Positions 1 through 10,570 of a DNA stretch of 64,000 bases are shown here, in pieces; the first letter of the stretch is position 1; every line of letters starts with the position of its first letter. A program made the translations under genes and the position numbers. The DNA comes from Thainema sp. (GTDB lineage Bacteria > Cyanobacteriota > Cyanobacteriia > Phormidesmidales > Phormidesmidaceae), in NCBI GenBank assembly GCA_052168235.1, contig JBQLZK010000002.1, positions 32,001-96,000 on the forward strand, given 5' to 3'. The notes below the pieces were generated by a model. It did not search any database. It was not told where the DNA came from and worked only from the letters and a program-made list of their open reading frames with translations.

Positions 1-891
1 TCCTTTGGTGAACAGGCTAAAAAGAGCTTGGAAGTGTTTAGCCAGCTACGGGAAGAGTGGCGCGATCGCATTATCATGCAAGCCGTATCGCTGGTCTCTT
101 TGGACTATTTCCTCAAGCCGGAAGCTGAGCAATTAGCCGACTGGTACGCCGAGTACGGTGGGATTTTGGGCGGTGTTGCCTATATGAATCCAGATCTGGA
201 TATCCAGCTTGAACGAGTCTTTCAACTCGCGCAATCGCGAGGGTTAGATTTAGATTTTCATGTAGATGAAAGTACGGATCCCGAGGATGTGGCCCTACGC
301 CATATCGCTGAGCTGGCGCTGAAGCAAGAATTTGCTGGCCATATTGTCTGCGGTCACTGCTGTAGCCTATCGGTGCAGTCTGAGGAAGTGGCTAACGCCA
401 CGATGGACGCAGTAAAACAGGCAGGAATTGGTATCGTTAGCTTGCCCATGTGTAACCTTTATCTGCAAGACCGCATGATCGGGCGAATGCCGCGACTGCG
501 GGGCGTAACGCTGCTACCCGAATTGAAACAGCGGGACATCCCAGTTGCGATCGCAAGTGATAACTGCCGCGATCCCTTTTATGCCTATGGCGATCACGAC
601 GGTTGGGAAGTGTTTCAGCAGACGGTGCGGATTGGGCAACTTGATCGGCCCTTTGGCGACTGGCCCCGTGCCAACACCTGGACGGCAGCGGATTTAATGC
701 AGCTTGAAGATGTGGGGCGGATTAGTGAAGGCAACACGGCAGATTTAATTGTCTTTAAGGCCCGGAATTTGAATGAACTAGTGGCGCGATCTCAACATGA
801 TCGGCTCGTTCTGCGTAAAGGACAACCGATTGATACCACCCTGCCAGATTATGCTGAATTAGATGATTTGATGCCCTTGGAGTTAGGTTAA
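1..891 (+). CDS. Cytosine deaminase-like metal-dependent amidohydrolase (5' end outside window)
   Basis: Frame open from base 1. Motifs DFHVDE, GHCCSL, VSLPMCNLYLQ and ASDNCRDPFY are typical of the CodA family. Confidence 0.85.
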   Translation, partial: SFGEQAKKSLEVFSQLREEWRDRIIMQAVSLVSLDYFLKPEAEQLADWYAEYGGILGGVAYMNPDLDIQLERVFQLAQSRGLDLDFHVDESTDPEDVALRHIAELALKQEFAGHIVCGHCCSLSVQSEEVANATMDAVKQAGIGIVSLPMCNLYLQDRMIGRMPRLRGVTLLPELKQRDIPVAIASDNCRDPFYAYGDHDGWEVFQQTVRIGQLDRPFGDWPRANTWTAADLMQLEDVGRISEGNTADLIVFKARNLNELVARSQHDRLVLRKGQPIDTTLPDYAELDDLMPLELG

Positions 892-2259
892 ATGACGGTT
901 AGCCCGGTTCACGCTATTGATTGGGATGCCTTTATCGCGGCGCTAGATGGCGTCGAGGTGATTCAAGATCCCCATCAGATCGCGAAACTTTCGCAGGATT
1001 ACTACACGTTTAGTCCTGTTTTACAGACTGTTTTGGCCGATAAAATAGGCGATATCGTGGTGCGACCTGCGACCGAAGAACAGGTTATCCAAGTCGCAGC
1101 AGAATGCGCCAAGCGTCGCATCCCGGTGACGATTCGTGGTGCAGGCACGGGCAACTACGGTCAATGCGTCCCTCTCGCGGGTGGCGTCATTCTCGATATG
1201 TCCCACCTGAATCAAATCTGCTGGATTAAACCGGGACTGCTGCGGGTGCAAGCCGGGGCAAAGCTGGCCACAATCGACAAAGCAACTCGTCCGGAAGGCT
1301 GGGAACTGCGGATGGTGCCGTCTACTTACCGCACGGCCACGATTGGCGGGTTTATTGCCGGGGGCAGTGGCGGCATTGGCTCAATTCTCTATGGTCAACT
1401 GCGCGATCGCGGCAGCCTGATCGCCGTCAAAGTGATCACGTTGGAAGAAGAACCCCGCGTGCTGGAACTGCGCGGCGATGAGGTGCAGAAAGTGAACCAC
1501 GCCTACGGCACCAATGGCATTATCACTGAATTAGAAGTGCCGCTGGGCACCGCCTACAACTGGGTGGACTGCATTGTCACCTTCGATAACTTTATGACAG
1601 CAGCCCGCTTTGGACAGGCACTGGGTGATGCTGATCCGATTATTAAAAAGCTGGTCAGTGTTCACGCTTGGCCCATTCCCAGTTACTTTGCTGCCCTCCA
1701 GTCCTTTCTACCGGAGCAGCAGCACGCGGTTTTAGTCATGATCGCCGATACCAATTTGGAACCGTTTCGCGATCTGGTTCAAGCCTGGGGCGGTACGATT
1801 ACCTACGAAAAAGCACCGGGTGATCCCAATCGCAAAGCGCCACTGCTGGAATTTACCTGGAACCACTCCACCCTCCACGCCCGCAGCGTTGATCCGACAC
1901 TGACCTACCTGCAAACTATGTTCCCCTACGATCCGGAACTCGAACTTTTACAGCACATGTACGAGCATTTCGGTGATGAGGTGATGATGCATATTGAATT
2001 TTTGCGATCGCAAGGCCGCGTTATCCCCGCTGCACTACAAATTGTGCGCTATTCCACAGAAGAACGGCTGAACGAGATCATCCGCTACCACGAAGCGCAG
2101 GGAGCGCTCATCGCCAATCCCCACACCTATATTCTGGAAGATGGTGGACGCAAGACCATCGACACCGTTCAGGTCAACTTTAAGCAAGAAGTTGATCCCT
2201 ACGGTTTGCTCAATCCTGGCAAGATGCGGGGGTGGATGGAGAGAGGGGCAGGAGAGTAA
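892..2259 (+). CDS. FAD-binding oxidoreductase (FAD_binding_4 / GlcD-like)
   Basis: RGAGTGNYGQ, ATIGGFIAGG and C-terminal DPYGLLNPGK motifs. ATG directly follows the upstream TAA. Confidence 0.85.
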   Translation: MTVSPVHAIDWDAFIAALDGVEVIQDPHQIAKLSQDYYTFSPVLQTVLADKIGDIVVRPATEEQVIQVAAECAKRRIPVTIRGAGTGNYGQCVPLAGGVILDMSHLNQICWIKPGLLRVQAGAKLATIDKATRPEGWELRMVPSTYRTATIGGFIAGGSGGIGSILYGQLRDRGSLIAVKVITLEEEPRVLELRGDEVQKVNHAYGTNGIITELEVPLGTAYNWVDCIVTFDNFMTAARFGQALGDADPIIKKLVSVHAWPIPSYFAALQSFLPEQQHAVLVMIADTNLEPFRDLVQAWGGTITYEKAPGDPNRKAPLLEFTWNHSTLHARSVDPTLTYLQTMFPYDPELELLQHMYEHFGDEVMMHIEFLRSQGRVIPAALQIVRYSTEERLNEIIRYHEAQGALIANPHTYILEDGGRKTIDTVQVNFKQEVDPYGLLNPGKMRGWMERGAGE

Positions 2260-2418
2260 GCTTTTGGCGTAAATTATTTCATTGTTTTTCAAATTGGATT
2301 TTGTAAACCCGCTGTTAACTGAGATACATCCCAGAGAATATCTGCCTTTCGCCTCTTGCCAAGTTGGCCTCTCAGTCGGACACTAGGGGGGAGACATGTC
2401 TGGCAAATGGAGGTTGCT

Positions 2419-3708
2419 GTGAAACGAGTGCTTGCAATTATTTTAGGGGGCGGTGCGGGAACGCGGCTTTATCCGCTAACCAAGCAGCGTGCCAAGCCAG
2501 CAGTATCGTTAGCAGGTAAATATCGTCTTATTGATATTCCAGTTAGTAACTGCATCAATTCAGGAATTCTTAAAATCTATGTTTTAACCCAGTTCAACTC
2601 AACATCGCTCAATCGGCATATTGCCCGAGCCTATAATTTCTCGGTCTTTAGCGATGGCTTTGTTGAAGTGCTGGCTGCACAGCAAACTCAAGAAAATCCA
2701 AGCTGGTTCCAGGGTACAGCGGATGCTGTACGCCAGTACCTCTGGCTACTGAAAGATTGGGATGTAGATGAGTATCTCATCCTTTCCGGTGATCATCTGT
2801 ATCGGATGGATTACGGCAAGTTTGTTGAACACCATCGCGAAACAGGCGCAGATATTACCTTATCTGTACTGCCCATCGATGAAGAGCGGGCCAGCAGCTT
2901 TGGCCTGATGAAAATTGACGATAGCGGTCGGGTGATCAACTTTAGCGAGAAGCCCAAGGGCGACGCGCTGAAGCAAATGCAAGTAGACACAACCACTCTT
3001 GGTCTAGATGCAGAGGCGGCAAAGGTTAAACCTTACATCGCTTCAATGGGAATTTACATCTTTAAAAAGCAGGTTTTGATTGATCTGCTTCAGCAATCTA
3101 AAGATGAAACCGATTTCGGTAAAGAGGTTATTCCCAGCGCGATCGACACCCATAATCTGCAAGCTTACCTGTTTGATGATTACTGGGAAGACATCGGAAC
3201 GATCAAGGCGTTTTATGAGTCCAATTTGGCTCTAACGAAACAGCCTCGGCCTAGCTTCAGCTTCTACGACGAGAAAGCACCGATTTACACTCGTCCTCGT
3301 TTTCTGCCACCGACCAAGATGCTGAACTGCGAAATCACGGAGTCGATTGTGGGTGATGGCTGCATTTTGAAAAACTGCCGCATTCATCACTCAGTGCTGG
3401 GAGTTCGTACCCGCATTGATGAAAACTGTGTAATTGAAGATTCCCTGTTAATGGGTTCTGATTTCTATCAGGCTTCTGAAATGCGTGTTCATGCTTTCAA
3501 AGAGGGACAAGTACCGATGGGCATCGGTGAGAATTCCGTCATTCGCGGTGCCATCATCGATAAAAATGCTCGTATCGGCAAAGATGTGAAGATCATCAAC
3601 AAGGACAACGTTGAAGAAGCCGATCGGGAAGATCAAGGCTTCTTGATTCGCAACGGTATTGTCGTCGTGGTCAAAAATGCGGTGGTTCCGGATGGCACGG
3701 TGATTTAG
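2419..3708 (+). CDS. glgC: Glucose-1-phosphate adenylyltransferase
   Basis: GTG start after GGAGG gives [29 protein letters not shown]; also WFQGTADAV; 429 aa. Confidence 0.97.
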   Translation: MKRVLAIILGGGAGTRLYPLTKQRAKPAVSLAGKYRLIDIPVSNCINSGILKIYVLTQFNSTSLNRHIARAYNFSVFSDGFVEVLAAQQTQENPSWFQGTADAVRQYLWLLKDWDVDEYLILSGDHLYRMDYGKFVEHHRETGADITLSVLPIDEERASSFGLMKIDDSGRVINFSEKPKGDALKQMQVDTTTLGLDAEAAKVKPYIASMGIYIFKKQVLIDLLQQSKDETDFGKEVIPSAIDTHNLQAYLFDDYWEDIGTIKAFYESNLALTKQPRPSFSFYDEKAPIYTRPRFLPPTKMLNCEITESIVGDGCILKNCRIHHSVLGVRTRIDENCVIEDSLLMGSDFYQASEMRVHAFKEGQVPMGIGENSVIRGAIIDKNARIGKDVKIINKDNVEEADREDQGFLIRNGIVVVVKNAVVPDGTVI

Positions 3709-3782
3709 GCTTAGGTTGCGTGGCTTGATCTTGTTATTTACACAAGGGCTAAGTCCATACATCCCTACAAAACTGATACGTT

Positions 3783-3829
3783 GCCAAACAGAAGGGGCTG
3801 ACCCATTGAGTCAGCCCCTTCTGTTTGGC
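3783..3829. terminator. Bidirectional hairpin between convergent glgC and gvpJ
   Basis: 20-bp perfect stem GCCAAACAGAAGGGGCTGAC/GTCAGCCCCTTCTGTTTGGC followed by a T-run. Confidence 0.75.
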
Positions 3830-3835
3830 TTTTGC

Positions 3836-4201
3836 TTATCGTTCTGTTGATTGCGGTTCTGGTGCAGCTCTTAAAGCTCGTAGTTCTGCTTCTAGTCCTT
3901 CAATCCGCTGCTGGAGCTGACGGTTCGATTCCAATAGTTCTCGCGATTGGCCGCTGAGATAAGGATCGCTTTCCCACCAGTTGATACCGATCTCCTTGGC
4001 TTTATCCACTGAGGAAACGAGTAGACGAATGCGAATTGTCAGCAGTTCTGTAGAACCAACGGAGATCGCAATATCGCCAGCGATGACGATGCCTTTATCG
4101 AGTACCCGCTCCAGCACATCGGCTAGAGTTGAGGCTTGAGTCGATGTGGCGATTGGGCGTTGAGGGCTACTTTGGGGACGGTTATAAGTAGTGCCAGTCA
4201 T
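3836..4201 (-). CDS. gvpJ: Gas vesicle protein GvpJ
   Basis: LADVLERVLDKGIVIAGDI...GINWWESDPYLS; lies downstream of gvpN. Confidence 0.9.
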   Translation of the reverse strand: MTGTTYNRPQSSPQRPIATSTQASTLADVLERVLDKGIVIAGDIAISVGSTELLTIRIRLLVSSVDKAKEIGINWWESDPYLSGQSRELLESNRQLQQRIEGLEAELRALRAAPEPQSTER

Positions 4202-4280
4202 GGATTACCTAGTTAGTCAATAGACTCAGGGTTGGGACGGCCAGTCTGCGATCGCAGTTCACTTCGCCAAATGGCTAAAG

Positions 4281-5810
4281 CTAGCGAATCTTAAACATGG
4301 ATGGCTTGCCTTGTCCGCCCACCTGAGTGATTAAGCCGAGTTCAGCAAGGCGCTTGAGCGCATTTACAGTTTGGAAACGGTTCAATCCCAAGGCGGCCTC
4401 TAGCTGAGATAGCCGAGCTGGGCCATCCGTGTTGAGCTGCTTGTAAACTGCGATCGCATCGGGGTTTTGGATGCGGGCAGCAGGGTCTGCCGCCGGAGCT
4501 GCTTTGGTGGCCGTTGCTTTTGCAGGTGCAGCTGATTGAGCTACCGCTGATTGAGCCGTTGTCGGCTGATCAGCAACTGGTTTGGCAACGGATTGGGCGA
4601 CAGGCTGTGGACGGTTCGGGCGCGGTTCTGCCTCTAGGGTAGCAGTTGTGGCTGGTGTTGGAGCTGATTCATTGGTTTGCGGTTGAGCAGGGGGAGAGGG
4701 CGGGGAAACTGCGATCGCAGTTTCTTTCTCTACTGTTTCTACTGTTTCTATTAGCTCTATCGTTGCGGAATTAGCTGTATTCGCTGCTCCAGCACCGTTT
4801 TGTGTAGGATTCAGCTTACCGTTTCCATTAATGAACTCAGGATGCTTGGGCTGAGTCAGGGTAGCTTCCGGTTCGGTCAAATCCCGGATTTCGGTAGCTA
4901 AGTCAACACCTGGCACAATCAGGTCGCTGACGATGACGCTGTTGAACAGAGACCAGAGAATCTGACGAGCTTCGTCAACGGGGACAGCGGCGCGTGAGAG
5001 GAGAATGTCGCTGCAGGTATCGCGAAAGTCTACATCCTCCGGAACAACCCGCACATCATGCTCCTGGCAAACCTTGGCAATCATCATGCTGGCTCGCAGG
5101 CTGGACGCGCGTTCTTTGCTCGCTTTCCGCTGAAAGGCTTTTACCATACGTACGATCGCCAGTGCTGCCGAACGCTCAATATTGGTTTTCTGAACCAGGA
5201 TTTCCTGCTGGGTCAGCTCGTCCGGCTCCGGCATATCGATGGTAATTAAGCGATCCATCAGCGCATCTTGCGTACCGTGAACGCCGCAGTATTCTTCAGG
5301 GTTCGAGGTGAAAATGCCGCGAAAATGAGGATTTACTCGGATATATTCGGGCCGATTACCGCTGGGTGGTAGAACAATCAGCTTTTCCTCTAACGCCGAC
5401 AGCAGAACGTTGTTGACTTCAGGCCGAGAGCGGTTGAATTCGTCGTAAACCAGCGTAAATCCTTCCCGACAGGCCAGGGTCAAGCGGGAATCGACCCAGG
5501 TTTGCCGCATTTCGTCTTCGACTTTAATTACACTGTGGATAAAGTTATCCACCACTTTTTTGCGGGTATAGCCGGACTGGTTGCCGATTAGGTCAGAGGT
5601 TTTGTACTCATCATCGCCAAACAGCAGCATGATCGGACGACTGAGCAAATCGGCCAAGTGCATAGCCAATGTCGTTTTCCCCGTACCCGCAGGGCCGCGT
5701 AAATGAATGGAATAGCCCGACTGGAGGTAGCGGAGCGATCGGGCCGCGATGCGCTCAACGCTGGGGGTACTGACGAATTGCCGGGGGCGAGCTTGCAGAA
5801 CCGTGGTCAC
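4281..5810 (-). CDS. gvpN: Gas vesicle AAA+ ATPase GvpN with long Pro/Ala/Thr linker and C-terminal wHTH-like domain
   Basis: GPAGTGKT Walker [27 protein letters not shown] start. Confidence 0.93.
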   Translation of the reverse strand: MTTVLQARPRQFVSTPSVERIAARSLRYLQSGYSIHLRGPAGTGKTTLAMHLADLLSRPIMLLFGDDEYKTSDLIGNQSGYTRKKVVDNFIHSVIKVEDEMRQTWVDSRLTLACREGFTLVYDEFNRSRPEVNNVLLSALEEKLIVLPPSGNRPEYIRVNPHFRGIFTSNPEEYCGVHGTQDALMDRLITIDMPEPDELTQQEILVQKTNIERSAALAIVRMVKAFQRKASKERASSLRASMMIAKVCQEHDVRVVPEDVDFRDTCSDILLSRAAVPVDEARQILWSLFNSVIVSDLIVPGVDLATEIRDLTEPEATLTQPKHPEFINGNGKLNPTQNGAGAANTANSATIELIETVETVEKETAIAVSPPSPPAQPQTNESAPTPATTATLEAEPRPNRPQPVAQSVAKPVADQPTTAQSAVAQSAAPAKATATKAAPAADPAARIQNPDAIAVYKQLNTDGPARLSQLEAALGLNRFQTVNALKRLAELGLITQVGGQGKPSMFKIR

Positions 5811-5814
5811 GATG

Positions 5815-7089
5815 TTACCTCATTACCTTATGCACAACATAAACGCCGTCGCGTCGAACCACTTGGCCGTTACAAATTAGCGATCGCAACGCATCTACTG
5901 CTTGAACACGATTGAGATTAAGCTGACGTTCAATTTCATTCAGCCGCAGTCCACCCATTTGGTTCAGGCAGTCATAAACTGCTTGCTCCGTCACATTTAA
6001 CGATGGCTGAGCTACTGCTACTGTGGGAACCGGAATAGGTGTGATCGCAGGTGCCACCTCTTCCAGGGTTAGCGCTGGCAAAGTTGCCACGGCTGTTGCT
6101 TGGGGTGCTGCGGCTACGGGAGCAGACTGAGCAACGGGCTGAGCGGCGACTCGGACAGGTGCAGACTGTGCGGTAGCAGCCGGAACCGAGCGGGGCATAG
6201 CCGATTTCACAGCGACTTTAGCGGTTGTGGGTACAGACCGCTGGGCCACAGGTCGGCTAGGTGGGGGTGGGCTGGGTTGGCCCGACTTTTTGGCGGAGGT
6301 CGCAGGTGCTACAGGTTTAGGAGCAGGGTGGCGAGGTGGCATGGTCGAACGCACCGGGGTGCGCGCTATGATGCCGTCGGATCCCCAAACATAGGCTTGA
6401 ATTTGATTGCGATAGTCTTGCAGTTCGGTTCGAAACTCAGCGAATTCAGCAAACAATGCGTCCACTGCTACGAGACGCTCTTGCTGGCTCTGATCCAACA
6501 TCTGTCGCAGTTCAAAAATCCGCTCTTGGCGCAGCACGTCGAGTTCCAGTAAATAAGTTTCGACATCAGCTTGGAGCTGCTGCACAAACTGAGTCAGTTC
6601 CTGTTGCTGCTGGGCACTCATGGCAACGCGATCGTGACGGTGCTGGGCCAATTGAACCTGGGTAATCGTTTGCAGAGCTTGAACCCTAGCTTGGAGATCG
6701 CTGCGTAGCTCGGCTACAGCCTGCTGCATTTCAGCATGAAACTGGCTGAGCGTTTGCGAGACTTCCTGTGCCATCAGAACGCGATCTGCTGCCGTCAACG
6801 ATAGGAAATCAGCCGTTTCGGCTCGTAGAGATTCAACAAACTGGTGGAGTCGCTCGGCAACTTCAACACGGCGCACCTGCCGATCTTGAGCGGTCTGATT
6901 CAAAAAGGCTTGCGTGTCTTGCTGAAGCGCAAACGTGAACTGGCTCAAGTCATCTCGCACCTGTGCGGCTTGAATCGTGCGATCAATAGAGAAGGCAGCC
7001 AGAATATCCTGCACCTGCTGCTGCCGATTGAGAATTTCAGCCTGGCGATGTTGCCGCTGCTCTTGCCACTGTGCCTGGAGTGAAGTCAC
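5815..7089 (-). CDS. gvpC: GvpC-like gas vesicle scaffold protein with C-terminal wHTH-like domain
   Basis: Sits between gvpA and gvpN; Q/A/L/F-rich helical pseudo-repeats; GTG start after AGGAGG. Confidence 0.75.
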   Translation of the reverse strand: MTSLQAQWQEQRQHRQAEILNRQQQVQDILAAFSIDRTIQAAQVRDDLSQFTFALQQDTQAFLNQTAQDRQVRRVEVAERLHQFVESLRAETADFLSLTAADRVLMAQEVSQTLSQFHAEMQQAVAELRSDLQARVQALQTITQVQLAQHRHDRVAMSAQQQQELTQFVQQLQADVETYLLELDVLRQERIFELRQMLDQSQQERLVAVDALFAEFAEFRTELQDYRNQIQAYVWGSDGIIARTPVRSTMPPRHPAPKPVAPATSAKKSGQPSPPPPSRPVAQRSVPTTAKVAVKSAMPRSVPAATAQSAPVRVAAQPVAQSAPVAAAPQATAVATLPALTLEEVAPAITPIPVPTVAVAQPSLNVTEQAVYDCLNQMGGLRLNEIERQLNLNRVQAVDALRSLICNGQVVRRDGVYVVHKVMR

Positions 7090-7232
7090 GGGCGCGACCT
7101 CCTAAGTACGCTTCTTAAACGGGTAAATTGCGAATGAGCTAATCGTTGAAAATGTAGCTTTGAGAATTTAGCTGTCGAAAATTTTGGATGTTGAGAATTA
7201 GTTTTTGGCAACTAAATTAAAAACTTGAACTC

Positions 7233-7292
7233 AAAAAAAGGGGAAAGGATGGACACGCAATTAGCATAGTTGCGATCGCATCTTTTCCCCTT
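7233..7292 (-). terminator. Stem-loop after gvpA (attenuator/stabiliser)
   Basis: AAGGGGAAAGGATG...CATCTTTTCCCCTT stem with a U-tract on the minus strand. Confidence 0.55.
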
Positions 7293-7298
7293 GTGTGA

Positions 7299-7517
7299 TT
7301 AAGCGTTAGGAACAGCAGCTTGTGCGGTCAAACCAACTGCTTCGGCATATTTCAGATAGGTTTCAACAGAAGCGATAACGACGCGAGCTTCTACAGCGAG
7401 AAGTTCGATACCTACCAGAGATACACGAACCCATGCGTCAACTACGATGCCTTTGTCGAGAATGCGGTCAACAACTTCAGCTAGGCTAGAGGAGGAATTA
7501 ACTTTTTCAACTGCCAT
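7299..7517 (-). CDS. gvpA: Major gas vesicle structural protein GvpA
   Basis: [63 protein letters not shown]. Confidence 0.98.
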   Translation of the reverse strand: MAVEKVNSSSSLAEVVDRILDKGIVVDAWVRVSLVGIELLAVEARVVIASVETYLKYAEAVGLTAQAAVPNA

Positions 7518-7931
7518 GGTTTAGGTTCCCTAATTTAATGCGTCAAGTACGAGATAAAGGTGAAAAACTTCAAGTTGTGAGTGAAAGATTGACGGCTCAG
7601 CGAGTGCGGAGTTAACGGAAACTATCCCTGTCCATTGGATTGGTTTACAGGTTGTTTTCTTGCCAGGTGGTGCTGTGCAAGTTGGAGGCTGAGCAATCTA
7701 CAGAGCGATGGTAACGACAATGAATAGTGATCATTGGTCAGCTATTAATCGCTTTCATTTCAATCACTTCAGTTGAAGCTATCGCTATCATTCCCAAGTC
7801 CGATTTGAAAATCGCTATACAGGGCGATTAAAGTTAATGAAACGCAATGATGTTGTTGCAACCGTTGATATAGCAGTGCGGTTGACCTGTTGTTGAGGGG
7901 TTCTGAGGGGTGCTGAAGGGTGCGATCGCGC

Positions 7932-8555
7932 TTATCCACTTGCCGGATTGTTTGGGTGGAGCTGATCGGTTTGCCAATTGGCCGGATTTGTCTGGATGTA
8001 GTATCGAATCTGCTCTAGCGATTCTTTGTTACGGATAATGTGTTCGTAATAATTGCGCTGCCAAACGGGGGTTCTGGGTGTATTTCTCAGGAGATTAATG
8101 CGTTTAGTTGCCGTCGATTTGAATCCGGTTATGAATGACGATAATGAACGTGGCCGCATGAATGGCGTCACATGTTGTATGGGTGAATGACCGTTCTGTA
8201 GGGGCGAATGGCCATTCGCCCCTACGGGATTTTGCGGCTGATTAGACACCTGGGATGAATTATCTGATACCTGTTGTGATGTTTTGTCCTGAATAAATAC
8301 GATGCCGTGAATGTGATTAGGCATGATAACCCAGGCATCCAAATTGATTTCTTGTCGGATATTTTGCGATCGCAACCATTCCTCGGCAACAATTTGCCCC
8401 AATGAATCTAATTGCATTTTGCCATCAACAATATCGCCGAATAAACATTCGCGTTGATGAGTGCAAATGGTAATGAAATACGCGCCTGGTGATGAATAAT
8501 CGTATCCGTTGAGGCGAATGGAACGACGATGATGTTTATCCGGGTTGTATTTCAT
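7932..8555 (-). mobile_element. REP-associated tyrosine transposase (RAYT, Y1 HUH family)
   Basis: HRRSIRL..YDYS..GAYFITICT, MPNHIHGI (HUH), WQRNYYEHIIR, YIQTNP. Identical REPs lie inside and upstream. Confidence 0.9.
8198..8225. repeat. REP palindrome class 1 (inside RAYT ORF)
   Basis: GTAGGGGCGAATGGCCATTCGCCCCTAC, a perfect 28-bp palindrome with GTAG ends. Confidence 0.9.
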
Positions 8556-8642
8556 GCGAGATGGATTTGATGCACCAATGATTTAGGATGCCCATGTTGT
8601 TATTTGAATTCGTAACCCTTGTTGGAAGCACCATAACGATAT

Positions 8643-8670
8643 GTAGGGGCGAATGGCCATTCGCCCCTAC
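8643..8670. repeat. REP palindrome class 1 (upstream of RAYT)
   Basis: Identical 28-mer. Confidence 0.9.
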
Positions 8671-8797
8671 GGGGTGTTTGCACTATCCCAGATCCCCAAT
8701 CATGATTGGTGCCAGGTATCGGATCTCCGGAACGATGATTCTTCGTAAGGAACAGCCCTGGAAATAAAAGTTTAGGAGAAACGGAAAGCTTTATGCC

Positions 8798-10570
8798 TTA
8801 CACTTTACAAGTCTGGATGCGAGAGAAGAGACTCCCCTCCCCCGACCCACACCACAAAACCCACACCCACTCCCACTCCCCGAAAGGGAGGTGGCCTTGG
8901 GGTGCTGAGGTGCTAAATGTTACATCAAAGTAGTAAATATACGAGCCGTTCACTCTCCATCCAGTGCGATCGCAGAATTCTCCCCAAATCTTATCACCTG
9001 GATATTTCCCGTCGAGCTTGGCTCCACACTGGACGTAAATTTCTTTTTGCACGCTGAAGCCAAATTGACCGTTGCTGTACTTCACCCACAGTCGATCTAT
9101 CGTTTTCAGATCCGCACAGGGGAAGTTTAAGAGTTCTTCTGATTTAAGCAAGTCGCCTGATTTCTTCCCAACTGCCCGGATCATCACTTCGTAGGTTTCT
9201 TTGTCCGCCTCTTCCCACTCACCCGCCTTCAGCAAATCCCGCAATCGCGTATAGTTAATCCCCTTGTCCGAAGCCAAGCTAACTGTTTCTGCGATTTCAT
9301 GGAGCGCACTTTCTACGGCACTATGCATATGCGCCCATAAATGAATCGTGCTGTTAAATACTTTTTCCCCAAGGAGAGCTTTTTCTTTGCTATCCAAACC
9401 TGATAAAGCATGTTGCGCACTTGTTTCTGTGCTTACCTGTAGTTCGTAATTAGTTGCATTTTTTTCAGGTGTGGATGAAAACGAGCCTTTAGAAGCTTGG
9501 GAAGGTTCTAAGATGTGCGCTTCAATCTTCTGCACATCCTCATCCCGCAGTTGCTTCCGATCTTGAATTCGCTTCAGTTTTCGTCGCTGTAACTCATCCA
9601 GCGGATACTGCTGAGCAATCGCGGTCTGAAATGCACGCTGATAAAACTCAACGCGCTCTTTCAGTTCCCTAAACGGCTGAAGGATAGACGATTCAATCGC
9701 TTTCGCATCAGTTTCAGATAAATTTAACTCATCCCGAATATCGTCCAAATCTAGCCGATCCAGCTCGCTAATGAATCCCTGATTTTCCTGAACAACTCGC
9801 TCTACCTCTTGCCGATAGCGCAACTTCGGATCGCCAAGCGCCACCTTTGCCAACTCAATCCGAAATCCCTCGTCCTTCAAAACAATGATTTTTGGAGACA
9901 TCGCAGGTGCTGCTTCTTTCACCTTTAGCTCAGCATACTGGTGCAGCTCATCCACTGAGATTTGCCCGTCTTTATTCAGGTCGGCTGCCCCTGTCTCAAT
10001 ACCTTCAACCAAATAGCGCGTGTAAATCGACAAGTCTGAACCCGGTTGCTCAAATGAATATTGCACCGCACTTGAAGAAGTCAGCACGACTCTTCCCTCT
10101 GCACCAAGCTGTTCAACCAGATTTAATGCTCCATCATCTTTAGCGGTTAAATTACCAAACGCACCACTAAAGCAACAGTCCAAAATCACCACCTGCCGCC
10201 GCGCCCGACTCCGCAAAATGCACTCATGCACAAACGCAGCATCAAGCGCAGTTGAACTAATCAAAAAATCACCATCTTTGCGGGTATTACTGGCTGCAAA
10301 ATACAGCTTGCCTCGATCATCTTTGACCCCATGACCCGAAAAATAGAGCAGCGCTAGATCATCTCGTTGCCGTCGTCGGAACCAGGTTTCAATTGTTGCA
10401 GCGATTTCCCCATTAGTTTGGTCAATTAGTGTTTGTACGTCATCGAAGCAGCCGATTTCTGGATTCTGCAAAACTGCCTGCAACGCTACTACATCCTTCG
10501 GTGCCGCAGGTAATGCCTTGAATCCTTTTTGATATTGACTGGTGCCGATGAGCAGTGCCGTTTTCGCCAT
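8798..10570 (-). CDS. Caspase-family (peptidase C14, EACC1-associated type) protein with C-terminal GUN4-like domain
   Basis: KTALLIG, YFSGHG (His) and ILDCCFSG (Cys). C-terminal YTRLRDLLKAGEWEEADKET...IDRLWVKYSNGQFGFSVQ...PQGHLP is the GUN4 signature. Confidence 0.88.
   Translation of the reverse strand: MAKTALLIGTSQYQKGFKALPAAPKDVVALQAVLQNPEIGCFDDVQTLIDQTNGEIAATIETWFRRRQRDDLALLYFSGHGVKDDRGKLYFAASNTRKDGDFLISSTALDAAFVHECILRSRARRQVVILDCCFSGAFGNLTAKDDGALNLVEQLGAEGRVVLTSSSAVQYSFEQPGSDLSIYTRYLVEGIETGAADLNKDGQISVDELHQYAELKVKEAAPAMSPKIIVLKDEGFRIELAKVALGDPKLRYRQEVERVVQENQGFISELDRLDLDDIRDELNLSETDAKAIESSILQPFRELKERVEFYQRAFQTAIAQQYPLDELQRRKLKRIQDRKQLRDEDVQKIEAHILEPSQASKGSFSSTPEKNATNYELQVSTETSAQHALSGLDSKEKALLGEKVFNSTIHLWAHMHSAVESALHEIAETVSLASDKGINYTRLRDLLKAGEWEEADKETYEVMIRAVGKKSGDLLKSEELLNFPCADLKTIDRLWVKYSNGQFGFSVQKEIYVQCGAKLDGKYPGDKIWGEFCDRTGWRVNGSYIYYFDVTFSTSAPQGHLPFGEWEWVWVLWCGSGEGSLFSRIQTCKV

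Noticed and set aside
7932..8555. IS200/IS605 element with TnpB
   Set aside because: No tnpB is adjacent; the motifs and GTAG REPs fit RAYT.
8798..9270. gun4 (Mg-chelatase cofactor) gene
   Set aside because: The GUN4-like domain is fused to a caspase in an accessory island, so it is not the housekeeping orthologue.
7932..10570. Complete diversity-generating retroelement at the caspase-GUN4 gene
   Set aside because: No reverse transcriptase and no template-repeat copy were seen in the window, and codons end in G rather than the usual NNY. A remote system cannot be excluded.
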